Shown piece after piece: positions 10,111 through 19,846 of a stretch of DNA of 64,000 bases (the first letter of the stretch is position 1; every line of letters begins with the position of its first letter). The notes beneath the pieces were generated by a model. The model did not search any database, was not told where the DNA came from, and worked only from the letters and a program-made list of their open reading frames with translations. The translations under genes and the position numbers were made by a program. Location: contig CAWGSK010000034.1 of assembly GCA_963825055.1 (NCBI GenBank), positions 1-64,000 of the forward strand, given 5' to 3'. This DNA is from an uncultured Gemmatimonadales bacterium. Lineage in GTDB: Bacteria; Gemmatimonadota; Gemmatimonadetes; Gemmatimonadales; GWC2-71-9.

Positions 10111-11047
10111 GTCCGCGGTGCCCGCCCGCTCCAGCTCCCGGATTTCAGGCGCCACCACCAGGGAGCCCGGCAACCGGTTCGTCACGTAACCCAGCCATTC
10201 GCCCCAGGCCCACGCCGCCGTCATCGCCATCAGGGCGGGAAGGGCCCGCAGGAACTGCAGCCGTGCACCCCGGCGGCGCATGGCGCGACGGCCCATCCGC
10301 CACAGGATCACCGGCGGAAGGGCAGGGGAAAGCATGGCGTAAATCGCCCGCTGCCCCGGGGAGGCGAACTTGTTCCGGGTGACCCCGAAGAGCCGGCCGA
10401 ACGCGTAGCGCTCGTATACCGCGTCGCTGAAGGTGACCGTGCGCCGGGTGCGAACCTCGGCGGCCGGGGCCAGCCAGAGGGGGCCGAAGCGTTCGGCGAG
10501 CGCCGCGTTGATGGCCGTCTCATGGAAGAATTCCTGCCAGAGCGGCGCGATGGCCTCGAGATAGTCGCGACGGTAGGAGACATTGCAGACCGTGAGCGAC
10601 GCGGACGGCCCCTCGGGGAAGGGCCGCATGTAGCGGTAGTAGTCCACCAGGTAGAACGCCCAGGTGAGCGCATTGCCCGCATGTTCCGTTTCCACCGCCC
10701 CGCCCACAGCGCCGCGCCCGGGGCCCTGGGCCTCGAGCAGGCGCCGGACCCAGTCCGGCCGGGGAACGCAGTGGTCCTCGGTCACGATGATCAGGTCTCC
10801 CGAGGCTTCCCGGAGGGCGAGGGAAGCCAGCTCCATCGGTGTCCGCTGTCCCTCGTTGCAGACCATGCGCACCTCGGGATGCGCCTCCCGGAGCGGCTTG
10901 CATTCCCTTTAGGTTGGGATCGTAGACGACGACCACCTCGAACGGCGGGGCCCCTTCCTGGGCGAGCACGGCCTCGAGACAGCGCCGGATGTGCTCGGCG
11001 CCGGCAATGGCGGAGATGGCGACGGTGATGGACCGGAATTCGGGCAC
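10075..11047 (-). CDS. glycosyltransferase family 2-like protein (paralog of 652..1548), frameshift near 10895
   Basis: N-terminus ITVAISAIAG..RCLEAV..EVVVVYD in one frame; IIVTEDHCVP..AVGGAVE..YRR and GEWLG in the other; same EDH motif and C-terminal layout as 652..1548. Confidence 0.75.
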
Positions 11048-11065
11048 GGCTGCTCCGGGAGAACT

Positions 11066-11092
11066 GGACGGTCGGGGCGGACAGGACGGTCG
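11066..11092. repeat. 9-nt periodic repeat GGACGGTCG/GGGCGGACA
   Basis: three 9-mer units; the reverse complement matches the 9-mer array at 23076-23198. Confidence 0.5.
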
Positions 11093-11189
11093 ATGCTCAA
11101 TCCCCCATCAAGATCCGTGCGCGGGGGGCCCTCCCCGGAATCGGAACCGGTTGGCATGTCTGGAGATCGCACCGCCGGGGGGTGTGGTC

Positions 11190-11205
11190 TGGTATAAGTA
11201 TTGCT
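11190..11205 (+). promoter_or_regulatory. sigma54 promoter upstream of the small ORF and cys operon
   Basis: TGGTAT-AAGTA-TTGCT with GG-N10-GC spacing. Confidence 0.75.
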
Positions 11206-11278
11206 CACAGTATGGCATCTCCCAAGGGGTGCTCCAGCCCGCCCGGAATGCCCAGATCGGTCTCATCACGCGAGGTTC

Positions 11279-11428
11279 ATGGCGATGCTCCACCTCCTCT
11301 ACGTCGGTCCCGACACGATCCTTCCGCTGACCTCGATTCTCGGGGCTATTGGTGGCGCCCTGATGATCTTCTGGCGGCAGGTTTCGGGGGCCTTCAAGAA
11401 GTTTGTCGGCATTTTCAAGCGCAGTTGA
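11279..11428 (+). CDS. 49-aa single-TM small protein (YVGPDT motif)
   Basis: GAGG RBS at about 11272; MAMLHLLYVGPDTILPLTSILGAIGGALMIFWRQVSGAFKKFVGIFKRS; sigma54 promoter directly upstream. Confidence 0.7.
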   Translation: MAMLHLLYVGPDTILPLTSILGAIGGALMIFWRQVSGAFKKFVGIFKRS

Positions 11429-11482
11429 AGCAACAGTGTTGCGTCGCCGCCTCACCTCAGGGGCGGTCCCGGCGGCTGCCGT

Positions 11483-11500
11483 CGTTGTATTGTTGCAACG
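11483..11500. promoter_or_regulatory. palindrome CGTTG-N8-CAACG, candidate enhancer-binding-protein site
   Basis: CGTTGTATTGTTGCAACG; same pattern at 48465 and 58689; degenerate copy at 11437-11454. Confidence 0.55.
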
Positions 11501-11583
11501 GTGCGGCAGTCGCGTTCTATTCCAGCAGGCATCCGCAACGCCCGCTGGCGAATCCTGAATCACTGGCGTACTGAGAGATCCTG

Positions 11584-13434
11584 ATGGCTTCTTCCATTTC
11601 CCCGGGCGTATCCGAAGCGCCGCTGGCCCGCGAGAGCGGGAACGGCCGCGCCTCGATGAGCATCGTGATCGGCGGTCACGTCGATCACGGCAAGAGCACG
11701 ATCATCGGTCGTCTGCTGGCCGATACCGGCTCGCTCCCCGAGGGGAAACTCGAACAGGTCAAGGCGCTCTGCGAACGGACCGCCAGGCCGTTCGAGTATG
11801 CCTTCCTGCTGGATGCGCTCAAGGACGAGCAGGCCCAGGGGATCACGATCGACGCCGCCCGGGTCTTCTTCAAGACCGGCCTGCGCGACTACATCATCCT
11901 GGATGCCCCGGGCCACATCGAGTTCCTGAAGAACATGGTGACCGGCGCCAGCCGGGCCGAGGCCGCCCTGCTCGTGATCGACGCGAAGGAAGGCGTCCAG
12001 GAGAACTCGCGCCGCCACGGCTACATGATGTCGATGCTCGGCATCAGCCAGATTGCCATCCTCGTGAACAAGATGGACCTGGTGGACTACGATCGTGGCG
12101 TGTTCGAGACCATCGAGCGCGAATACCGGGACTTCCTGGGCCAGATCGGCGTGGAGCCCGCCTGCTTCATCCCTGTCTCGGGGCGCGAGGGCGACATGAT
12201 CGCCGAGCACACCCCGGCCATGGAGTGGTACGAGGGGCCCACGGTGCTCGACGTGCTGGACCAGTTCCGCACCGAGCCGCCGCCGGTCAACCTCCCGTTC
12301 CGGATGCCGGTCCAGGACGTCTACAAGTTCACCCGCCAGGGCGACGACCGTCGCATCGTGTCGGGGACGGTGGACACGGGCACGCTGCACGTGGGCGACG
12401 AGGTGGTCTTCTACCCCTCCGGCAAGCGGAGCCGGGTGCGCTCCATCGAGGGGTTCAATACGTCCCCGAAGGAGATGACCGGTGCCGGCGAGGCGACGGG
12501 GTTCACGCTCGAGGAGCAGATCTACGTCTCCCGCGGGGAGCTGGCCGCGCGCGCCGGCGAGGCCCGTCCCCATGTGACGACCCGCCTCCGGGTCAGCCTG
12601 TTCTGGCTGGGCCGGGAGCCGATGGAGCTGAAGAAGGACTACACGCTCAAGCTCGGGAGCGCGCGCGTTCCCGTCCGGCTGGAGGAGATCCACCGGGTCA
12701 TCGACGCGTCCGACCTCGCGGCCACCACCGAGGCGAAGCGGATCAACCGCCACGACGTCGCCGAGTGCACCCTGAAGCTCAACCGCGCGATGGCGTTCGA
12801 CCTGGCCGACCAGGTGGCCGCCACGAGCCGGTTCGTGATCGTGGACAACTTCGAGATCCGGGGTGGCGGCATCGTCCGCGAGGACCTGCCCGACCGGCAG
12901 ACCTGGGTCCGGAACAAGGTCCTGCTCCGGAACTACAAGTGGGAACGCAGCATGATTCCCACCGAGCACCGCGCGCGCCAGTACAGCCAGAAGGCCGGCC
13001 TGCTGCTGGTGACCGGTGCCGACGAGGCCGAGCGCAAGCGCCTCGGCAAGGATCTCGAGAGCCGGCTCTTCGCCGAGGGGCGCGTGGTCTACTACCTCGG
13101 CATCGGCAACGTGGTCTACGGCGTGGACGCGGACATCGAGAGCAAGGAAGAGAACCGCGGGGAGCACCTCCGGCGTCTCGCCGAGGTCGCCAACATCATG
13201 CTGGACGCCGGGGTGATCCTGGTGGTGACCGCAGCCGAGCTGACGCAGGAAGACCTCGAGATCGTCAAGACCACCGTGGATCCCGAGCGGATCGAGACGA
13301 TCTGGGTGGGCGAGCAGGTCACGACCGACCTGATGGCCGACGTGCTGGTCGGCAACCTCGACCAGGAAGCCGAACGCCTCGACCGGATCACCCGGATGCT
13401 CGAGGACAAGGGAATGATCTTCCGGCCATGGTGA
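11584..13434 (+). CDS. cysN: sulfate adenylyltransferase subunit 1 with a degenerate C-terminal APS-kinase-like domain
   Basis: [29 protein letters not shown] GTPase motifs; the C-terminal domain has TGADEAERK in place of the APSK P-loop. Confidence 0.9.
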   Translation: MASSISPGVSEAPLARESGNGRASMSIVIGGHVDHGKSTIIGRLLADTGSLPEGKLEQVKALCERTARPFEYAFLLDALKDEQAQGITIDAARVFFKTGLRDYIILDAPGHIEFLKNMVTGASRAEAALLVIDAKEGVQENSRRHGYMMSMLGISQIAILVNKMDLVDYDRGVFETIEREYRDFLGQIGVEPACFIPVSGREGDMIAEHTPAMEWYEGPTVLDVLDQFRTEPPPVNLPFRMPVQDVYKFTRQGDDRRIVSGTVDTGTLHVGDEVVFYPSGKRSRVRSIEGFNTSPKEMTGAGEATGFTLEEQIYVSRGELAARAGEARPHVTTRLRVSLFWLGREPMELKKDYTLKLGSARVPVRLEEIHRVIDASDLAATTEAKRINRHDVAECTLKLNRAMAFDLADQVAATSRFVIVDNFEIRGGGIVREDLPDRQTWVRNKVLLRNYKWERSMIPTEHRARQYSQKAGLLLVTGADEAERKRLGKDLESRLFAEGRVVYYLGIGNVVYGVDADIESKEENRGEHLRRLAEVANIMLDAGVILVVTAAELTQEDLEIVKTTVDPERIETIWVGEQVTTDLMADVLVGNLDQEAERLDRITRMLEDKGMIFRPW

Positions 13435-14237
13435 GCCGCACCCTCTCCGGCCCGGTCACGGTCTCGCGTGACACGCTGGACCGCCTGTCCGACCTCGCCC
13501 GCGACGCGGGCAGGGTGATCATGCATCACTACCACCAGGGCGTGGCCGTGGCGCACAAGGACGACCGCTCGCCGGTCACCGCGGCCGACCGCGATGCCCA
13601 CGAGGTCATCGTCGGCGCCCTGACGGCATGGGATCCGTCGGTGCCCGTGATCTCGGAGGAGGGGGACATTCCCCCGCATGCCGAACGGCGCGACTGGCGA
13701 CGGTTCTGGCTGGTGGATCCGCTCGACGGCACCAAGGAATTCCTGAGCCACAACGGCGAGTTCACCGTGAACATCGCCCTGATCGAGGATGGCATCCCGG
13801 TCCTCGGCGTGATCTTCGCGCCTGCGCTGGACCTGCTGTATTTCGCCGGCCGCGGCGAGGGGGCCTGGAGAGTGGACCGCGACCACGGTCTCCAGCGGAT
13901 CACCTCGGCGCCCCCGGCGCCGGGCACGCCGCTGGTCGTGGCGGAAAGCCGCTCGCATCCCTCAGCCGCGCTGGAGGAGTACCTCCGCACACTCAATGTG
14001 GGGCGCCGGGTGCAGGCCGGGAGTTCGCTCAAGTTCTGCTGGGTGGCTGAAGGCCGCGCGGACGTCTATCCGCGGCTCGGGCCGACCATGGAATGGGACG
14101 TCGCCGCCGGCGACGCCATCTTCCGCTATTCCGGACGGGGGGGCGAACGTTCCTCGCCGCTGACGTACAACACGCCCGACCTGCGCAACACCGGGTTCGT
14201 GATCGGGTTCCCCACGGATGGAGGCACCGGTGGTTGA
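13428..14237 (+). CDS. cysQ: 3'(2'),5'-bisphosphate nucleotidase (PAP phosphatase)
   Basis: [43 protein letters not shown]; start taken at ATG 13428. Confidence 0.92.
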   Translation: MVSRTLSGPVTVSRDTLDRLSDLARDAGRVIMHHYHQGVAVAHKDDRSPVTAADRDAHEVIVGALTAWDPSVPVISEEGDIPPHAERRDWRRFWLVDPLDGTKEFLSHNGEFTVNIALIEDGIPVLGVIFAPALDLLYFAGRGEGAWRVDRDHGLQRITSAPPAPGTPLVVAESRSHPSAALEEYLRTLNVGRRVQAGSSLKFCWVAEGRADVYPRLGPTMEWDVAAGDAIFRYSGRGGERSSPLTYNTPDLRNTGFVIGFPTDGGTGG

Positions 14238-14808
14238 GCACTCCGTGTCGGCCCGTCGACACGCCCTGGAGGCGGTCCGGATTCCCGAGGCATCGGTGGT
14301 CTGGTTCACCGGGCTCTCGGGTGCCGGCAAGAGCACCATCGCGCATGGCGTGCTGGAGGAGCTGGGCCGCCGCGCGGTCCGCCACGAGGCACTCGACGGC
14401 GACGTGATCCGCGACATCTTCCCGGCCACCGGGTTCACCCGCCCCGAGCGGGATGCCCATATCCGCCGGGTGGGCTGGCTGGCCAGCCGGCTCGAGCACC
14501 ACGGCGTCTTCGTGATCGCCTCCCTGGTCTCGCCATATGAGGCCTCGCGGCAGTTCGTGCGCGGCCTGTGCCACAATTTCATCGAGGTCCACGTCGCCAC
14601 CTCCCTCGCGGAATGCGAGCGGCGCGACGTGAAGGGCCTCTACGCGCGGGCCCGCCGCGGCGAGATCGCGCATTTTACCGGTATCGACGACCCCTACGAG
14701 CCCCCCCGGTCGCCCGAACTGACCCTGGACACCGCAAAGCTGTCGGTGCAGGAGTCGGTGAACGCGGTGCTCGACCGGATGGGCTTCCGCACGGAAGGAC
14801 TGCAGTAA
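14218..14808 (+). CDS. cysC: adenylyl-sulfate kinase
   Basis: [34 protein letters not shown]. Confidence 0.95.
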   Translation: MEAPVVEHSVSARRHALEAVRIPEASVVWFTGLSGAGKSTIAHGVLEELGRRAVRHEALDGDVIRDIFPATGFTRPERDAHIRRVGWLASRLEHHGVFVIASLVSPYEASRQFVRGLCHNFIEVHVATSLAECERRDVKGLYARARRGEIAHFTGIDDPYEPPRSPELTLDTAKLSVQESVNAVLDRMGFRTEGLQ

Positions 14809-15689
14809 TGGACCACCTGGACCATCTCGAATCGAAGAGCGTGCACATCCTCCGGGAGGCGTACGCCAACTTCAAGCAGCTCGGCATGCTCTGGTCGATC
14901 GGCAAGGACAGCACTGTCCTGCTGTGGCTGGCGCGGAAGGCCTTCTTCGGGCACGTCCCGTTCCCGCTGATCCATATCGACACCTCGTTCAAGATCCCCG
15001 AGATGATCGAGTACCGCGACCGCCTGGTGCGGGAGTGGAACCTCAACATGATCTACGGGCAGAACACGGCCGCCCTGGCCGAGAAGCGCACCTTCCCCGA
15101 CGGCGCGGTGGACCGGATCACCTGCTGCGGCCTGCTCAAGACCCAGGCGCTGCAGAACACGCTGAGCGGCGAGTGGCCCCGGTTCCGCTTCAACCACGCG
15201 ACCGACCGCTACGAGGAAGACAAGAACCGCGAGCCGTTCACGGGCGTCATCGTCGGCGCGCGCGCGGACGAGGAAGGCAGCCGGTCCAAGGAACGGTACT
15301 TCTCGCCCCGCTCGACCCAGAACCAGTGGGACGTGGGCGACCAGCCCCCGGAGTTCTGGAACCAGTACAAGACCGAGTTCGCGCCCGGCACGCACGTGCG
15401 GATCCACCCGCTGCTGGACTGGACCGAGCTCAACATCTGGGAGTATATCGAGCGCGAGGAGATTCCCACCGTCTCGCTCTACTACGACCAGGGCGAGGGC
15501 AGGCGCTACCGCTCGCTCGGGTGTTACCCCTGCACGCTGGCGGTGGACTCGGACGCGAAGGACGTGGCGGAGATCATCGTGGAGCTCAAGACCGGCAAGT
15601 TCCACAACATCGCCGAGCGGTCGGGCCGCGCCCAGGACAAGGACGACGGCGGCGGTCTCGAGGCCCTGCGGCGCGAAGGGTACATGTAA
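14808..15689 (+). CDS. cysD: sulfate adenylyltransferase subunit 2
   Basis: [45 protein letters not shown]-terminal REGYM; TAATG overlap with cysC. Confidence 0.93.
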   Translation: MDHLDHLESKSVHILREAYANFKQLGMLWSIGKDSTVLLWLARKAFFGHVPFPLIHIDTSFKIPEMIEYRDRLVREWNLNMIYGQNTAALAEKRTFPDGAVDRITCCGLLKTQALQNTLSGEWPRFRFNHATDRYEEDKNREPFTGVIVGARADEEGSRSKERYFSPRSTQNQWDVGDQPPEFWNQYKTEFAPGTHVRIHPLLDWTELNIWEYIEREEIPTVSLYYDQGEGRRYRSLGCYPCTLAVDSDAKDVAEIIVELKTGKFHNIAERSGRAQDKDDGGGLEALRREGYM

Positions 15690-15707
15690 GGCCGGGCCGG
15701 CCACCGC

Positions 15708-17132
15708 GTGCCTGACACCCCCGAATCCCCGGCGCGGCTCGTCACGCGCAACTTCATGGCGCTTGGACTGGGCGAGGCGGTTTCCCGCCTCATCCTGTTC
15801 GGCGCCATGGTCTATGTGGCCCGCCATCTCGGCGCAGCCATGTTCGGCGTGGTCGGCGTCGCGTCCGCGATCATCCTCTACTTCAACCGTCTCGCCGACG
15901 GAGGCCTGGACCAGGGACTCGGCGTCCGCGAGATCGCGGATGACCCCAGCCGGCTCGAGACCGAGGCGCCCGAACTCCTCACCGCCCGGACCCTCCTTGC
16001 CGCCGCCCTGACGCTCGTCATCGTGCTGGTGGGGCTGCTGGTACTGCCCAGGCCCGACGGCACCGTCCTCGCCGTCACGTCCCTCACCCTGCTGGCCGTC
16101 GGGGCCGGAACCCGGTGGATCCACCTGGGCCTCCACCAGAACCGGATCCCGGCCCTCGCCATCACCGCGGGCCAGGCCACGGCCGCTGTCCTCATGGTCG
16201 CCCTGGTGCATGGGCCGGGCGACGTGGCCCTGGTGCCGGCCGCGCAGTTCGCCGGCGACTCGCTTGCGGCGCTGCTCATGCTGCTCGCCCTGCGCCGGGC
16301 CGGGGCACGGCTGCCGGTCCGGTTCAACTGGGCGGTGATCCGTCCGCTCCTTCCCAGGGCCCGGGCGCTGGTGGTGAGCGCAGTGCTCGGCCTCATGATC
16401 TACAACGCCGACTTTGTCTTCCTCCGCATCCTGCGAGGCGCCGAGTCGGTCGGCTATTACACGGCCGCGTACACGCTGGTCACGTTCTCGCTGAACCTCG
16501 GCACCGCCTACAGCATGAGTCTGCTCCCCTCCCTCACCCGGCTGGGGCGGACGCCCGTGGAGCAGGAGTCGCTCTACCACACGGCCATGGCGCATGTCTT
16601 CGCTGCCGGCTTCCCGGCCGCCGTGGGAGGCTGCCTCCTCGGTCCGCTGATCGTGGGCCTGCTCTTCGGGCCGGCCTATCGCGAGGCGGCACTGCCGTTC
16701 CAGGTGCTGATCTGGTGCATCCCCCTCTGTCTCCTGCGCGACATACCGCTCATGGCGCTGATGGCGCGAAAACAGGAGGGACGGGTCCTCCGGGTCACGG
16801 CCTGGGCCGCACTGCTGAACCTCGGCCTCAATGCCGTCCTCATCCCGCCCTGGGGTGTGGCCGGCGCTGCCGCTGCGAGCATCGTCACCGAGGCCGTGCG
16901 GATGGTCGTGGCGCTCGTGTACGCCCGCCGGGAGGGCTTCCGGCTGGTCGGCCTCCGCCGCTTCTGGAAGGCCGGGCTGGCAGGCGTGGCCATGGGCGGG
17001 CTCCTGGTGGCCTGGGGAACCCCCCTGCTCTGGCTCGCCATTCCGGCCGGGGCCCTGGCCTATGCGATTGCGCTGGCCCTGCTCGGCGGCATCTCGTGGC
17101 GCCCGGGCCGGCTGCCCGCCCTGACGGTCTGA
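15708..17132 (+). CDS. wzx: Wzx-type (MOP family) oligosaccharide flippase
   Basis: about 14 hydrophobic segments; ARHLGAAMFG, D..FL..L.GAESVGYYTAAY, LNLGLNAVLIPPWGVAGAAAAS. Confidence 0.85.
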   Translation: MPDTPESPARLVTRNFMALGLGEAVSRLILFGAMVYVARHLGAAMFGVVGVASAIILYFNRLADGGLDQGLGVREIADDPSRLETEAPELLTARTLLAAALTLVIVLVGLLVLPRPDGTVLAVTSLTLLAVGAGTRWIHLGLHQNRIPALAITAGQATAAVLMVALVHGPGDVALVPAAQFAGDSLAALLMLLALRRAGARLPVRFNWAVIRPLLPRARALVVSAVLGLMIYNADFVFLRILRGAESVGYYTAAYTLVTFSLNLGTAYSMSLLPSLTRLGRTPVEQESLYHTAMAHVFAAGFPAAVGGCLLGPLIVGLLFGPAYREAALPFQVLIWCIPLCLLRDIPLMALMARKQEGRVLRVTAWAALLNLGLNAVLIPPWGVAGAAAASIVTEAVRMVVALVYARREGFRLVGLRRFWKAGLAGVAMGGLLVAWGTPLLWLAIPAGALAYAIALALLGGISWRPGRLPALTV

Positions 17133-17135
17133 GGC

Positions 17136-17151
17136 CGGTATGGTATTTGCC
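17136..17151 (+). promoter_or_regulatory. sigma54 promoter of the VTC-CotH operon
   Basis: CGGTAT-GGTAT-TTGCC with GG-N10-GC spacing, about 80 bp before GTG 17230. Confidence 0.65.
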
Positions 17152-17229
17152 ACTACTGAGTTAGACTTTCTGGCGCCCCGGGTCGGCTTCCGGGGATCCT
17201 CCTTGAGATCCTAGAGCAGGCCAGGCAGC

Positions 17230-17952
17230 GTGCCGACGTATACCGCCACGATGAACCGGTTCGAGGTCAAGTATCTCGTCCCGACTCACGACGTGCCCCG
17301 GCTGGTCGATGAACTCGGTGAGTTCATGGCCCCGGACCCGCATTCGGCGGACGGGCAGGGTTACCCGATTTTTTCGATTTACTGGGACTCGCCCGACTGG
17401 ACGTTTTTCTGGGAGAAGGTCGAGGGGCTCAAGTACCGCCGGAAACTCCGGTTCAGGCGGTATGCCGACAGCGCCGACGCCTGGGTCGAGATCAAGCAGC
17501 GGGAGGATCGCACGCTCCAGAAGCGGCGGCTCTGCTGGCCCGTGGAGCGCGTGGCACGGGTATTCGACGTCGCGGCGGGGACCGACTGGGACGGCGCGGG
17601 CGACGACCCCGTCGCGACCGAGGCGCTCCTGATGATCCACCGCATGCGCCTCCGCCCCCGGATCGGCGTGCTCTACCGCCGGCAGGCCTGGTTCGGCGCG
17701 TTCGACCCCGAGCTGCGCGTGACCTTCGACGGGCGGCTCCAGTACCGGACGACCGACCTCGACCTCGAGCGGCCGTTCGCGCGCGGGAAGTACATCATGG
17801 ATCCGCGGGTGACCGTGATGGAGATCAAGTACAACCACCGTGCCCCGGTGTGGCTCACCAAGGTGATCCGGCGCCGCGGCCTCCAGATCGTGCGGATGTC
17901 GAAGTTCTGCACGGCGGTGGACCGGGAGTATTTCGACCACCAGTTGACCTGA
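17230..17952 (+). CDS. VTC-domain (polyphosphate polymerase-like, CYTH/TTM fold) protein
   Basis: RFEVKY, SIYWDS, KLRFRRY, VEIK, YRRQAW, RVTFD, MEIKY, SKF. Confidence 0.88.
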   Translation: MPTYTATMNRFEVKYLVPTHDVPRLVDELGEFMAPDPHSADGQGYPIFSIYWDSPDWTFFWEKVEGLKYRRKLRFRRYADSADAWVEIKQREDRTLQKRRLCWPVERVARVFDVAAGTDWDGAGDDPVATEALLMIHRMRLRPRIGVLYRRQAWFGAFDPELRVTFDGRLQYRTTDLDLERPFARGKYIMDPRVTVMEIKYNHRAPVWLTKVIRRRGLQIVRMSKFCTAVDREYFDHQLT

Positions 17953-17978
17953 CCACGCTCGAACACCAAGAGGGTGCT

Positions 17979-18674
17979 GTGGACGAATTCATGAGGCAGT
18001 TGACGGCGGGCGCCGCCACCGGGACCGGCTTCGGGATCTGGGAGACCTTCGCGGCCCTCATCCTGAGTTTCGCGTTGTGTCTTGTCGTGGCCTACTTCTA
18101 CCGCCAGACGCATCGCGGGCTGTCCTACTCGGTCTCCTTCGTGCATGCCATGGTGCTGATGGGCGTGACGGTGTCCATCATCATGCTGATTATCGGCAGC
18201 AATATCGCCCGGGCATTCACCCTGGTCGGCGCGCTGTCGATCATCCGCTTCCGTAACGCAGTGAAGGATTCGCGGGACGTCGCCTTCATCTTCCTGACCA
18301 TGGCGATCGGCATGGGGGTGGGGACCGGCTTCTACCTCACCGCCGTCATCTTCACGATCTCCATCTGCTTCATGATCTACTTCCTGGCCCGGTTCCAGAT
18401 CGGCGCCACCACCTCGCGGGAGATGCTGCTCAAGATCCACGCGCCCGAGGCCCTGGACTACCACTCCGCGTTCAACGACATCTTCTACCGGCACCTGCGG
18501 GAGTATGCCCTGCTCAGCGTCGAGTCCATCCGCGACGGTGAGGCGGTGGAACTGATCTATTCCGTGGAGCCGAAGCGCGGGACCGACGAGACCCGGCTGG
18601 TGGGGGAACTGCGTGACCTGACGGGCGGGCGGAAGGTGGCCCTCCTCACCGGGCAGGAAAACATCGACGTATGA
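17979..18674 (+). CDS. DUF4956-like membrane protein
   Basis: IGSNIARAFTLVGALSIIRFRNAVKD, GMGVGTG; TM domain followed by a soluble C-terminal domain; adjacent to the VTC gene. Confidence 0.85.
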   Translation: MDEFMRQLTAGAATGTGFGIWETFAALILSFALCLVVAYFYRQTHRGLSYSVSFVHAMVLMGVTVSIIMLIIGSNIARAFTLVGALSIIRFRNAVKDSRDVAFIFLTMAIGMGVGTGFYLTAVIFTISICFMIYFLARFQIGATTSREMLLKIHAPEALDYHSAFNDIFYRHLREYALLSVESIRDGEAVELIYSVEPKRGTDETRLVGELRDLTGGRKVALLTGQENIDV

Positions 18675-19846
18675 CCCCGGAGGCGGGGCCCGGCACCCGG
18701 GCGCACGCATGGTTCCGCCGCCACGAGCGGGCCCTCGCCCTGGGCTGGATCGTGGCGACGGCGCTGTTCCTCATGGCCCTGGCCGCGGCGCCTTCCCGCG
18801 AGCGGCTGCTGTATGGCGTGCAGCGGGTGGTCCAGGACTGGGACGGCCGCTGGTCGGTCGCGCTCGCGCGGGGAGACTCGCTCGTGGCCGCCGGCCGCTG
18901 GACCGAGGCCGAGGCATACCTGGCGGGACTGGACCGGCGCTTTCCCGCGCGCACCGCGCGTCACGCCATGGACAAGGAGCGCGAACACCTGCTCCTGCTG
19001 CTCGGCCGTACGTACGTCAACCTCGACAAGAAGTCGAAGGCGCTCGACGCCTACCAGCGCCTCGTCGCGTTCGATCCGAACAATTTCCGCAATCACTACG
19101 CACTGGCGCTCGCCTCTGACCGCCTGCTGAGCGGCTGGGCCCTCGCGCGCGAGGCTCGTGACGCCTACGCAGCCGTACTCGTCATCAACCCGAGCCACCT
19201 GCCGAGCCTGCGGGGGGTTGTCCGCTACGACAGCGAGAAGGGCCTCTTCGGCGACGTGCGGGACAGCTACGAGGCCTACCTCGATGCCTTCCTTGCCGCC
19301 GACGTGACCCTCCGCAGCGGGGATTCCTCCGTGGCGGTGGTGGTGCCGGTGGACGGCCGCTGGCACGAGGTGGAGGTGCCCCTGGGCCAGCCGGCCGGCG
19401 CGGCGGCCACGCTCACCGTGGATGCGTCCGGGTACCCGGTCGAACTCGGATCCGCGACGTTCCTCCCGGCGCTGGTTGCGGGACGCGCCGGCCGGGGGGC
19501 GCCGGCCGTGCTGCCGGTGGACCAGGCCGTGGTCACGGGCGAGGCGGTCGTGCGCGATGGCCGGGTGCTTCCGATGTCGCGCGCCGTCGCGCTGGAGGTT
19601 CCGGGTGCCGTCTCCCCCGGCACCACGGGGCTCCGGCTCCGCCTCCGGCTGTTCAAGCCGGTCGACCAGGGCTTCTGGGAGACGGTGTCCGCCGCATACC
19701 GGAACGTGCTGGACATGGATGGGCTCGACACGGCGCGCGACCGGAGCGCTGTCTACGACGATGCGGCCGCCGCCGACGCGGTCACCGGCCGCCAGGAATG
19801 GGCGACGGAAGGCCTCGAGGGCCGGCCTGACGAGCGGGTGTTCTGA
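18671..19846 (+). CDS. membrane-anchored TPR-containing protein
   Basis: N-terminal TM; helical repeats (LLGRTYVNL..ALDAYQRLVAFDPNN); ATGA-coupled. Confidence 0.7.
   Translation: MTPEAGPGTRAHAWFRRHERALALGWIVATALFLMALAAAPSRERLLYGVQRVVQDWDGRWSVALARGDSLVAAGRWTEAEAYLAGLDRRFPARTARHAMDKEREHLLLLLGRTYVNLDKKSKALDAYQRLVAFDPNNFRNHYALALASDRLLSGWALAREARDAYAAVLVINPSHLPSLRGVVRYDSEKGLFGDVRDSYEAYLDAFLAADVTLRSGDSSVAVVVPVDGRWHEVEVPLGQPAGAAATLTVDASGYPVELGSATFLPALVAGRAGRGAPAVLPVDQAVVTGEAVVRDGRVLPMSRAVALEVPGAVSPGTTGLRLRLRLFKPVDQGFWETVSAAYRNVLDMDGLDTARDRSAVYDDAAAADAVTGRQEWATEGLEGRPDERVF

Noticed and set aside
12225..13427. 670-aa extended CysQ
   Set aside because: The N-terminal 400 codons are an off-frame overlap with cysN; the likely start is ATG 13428
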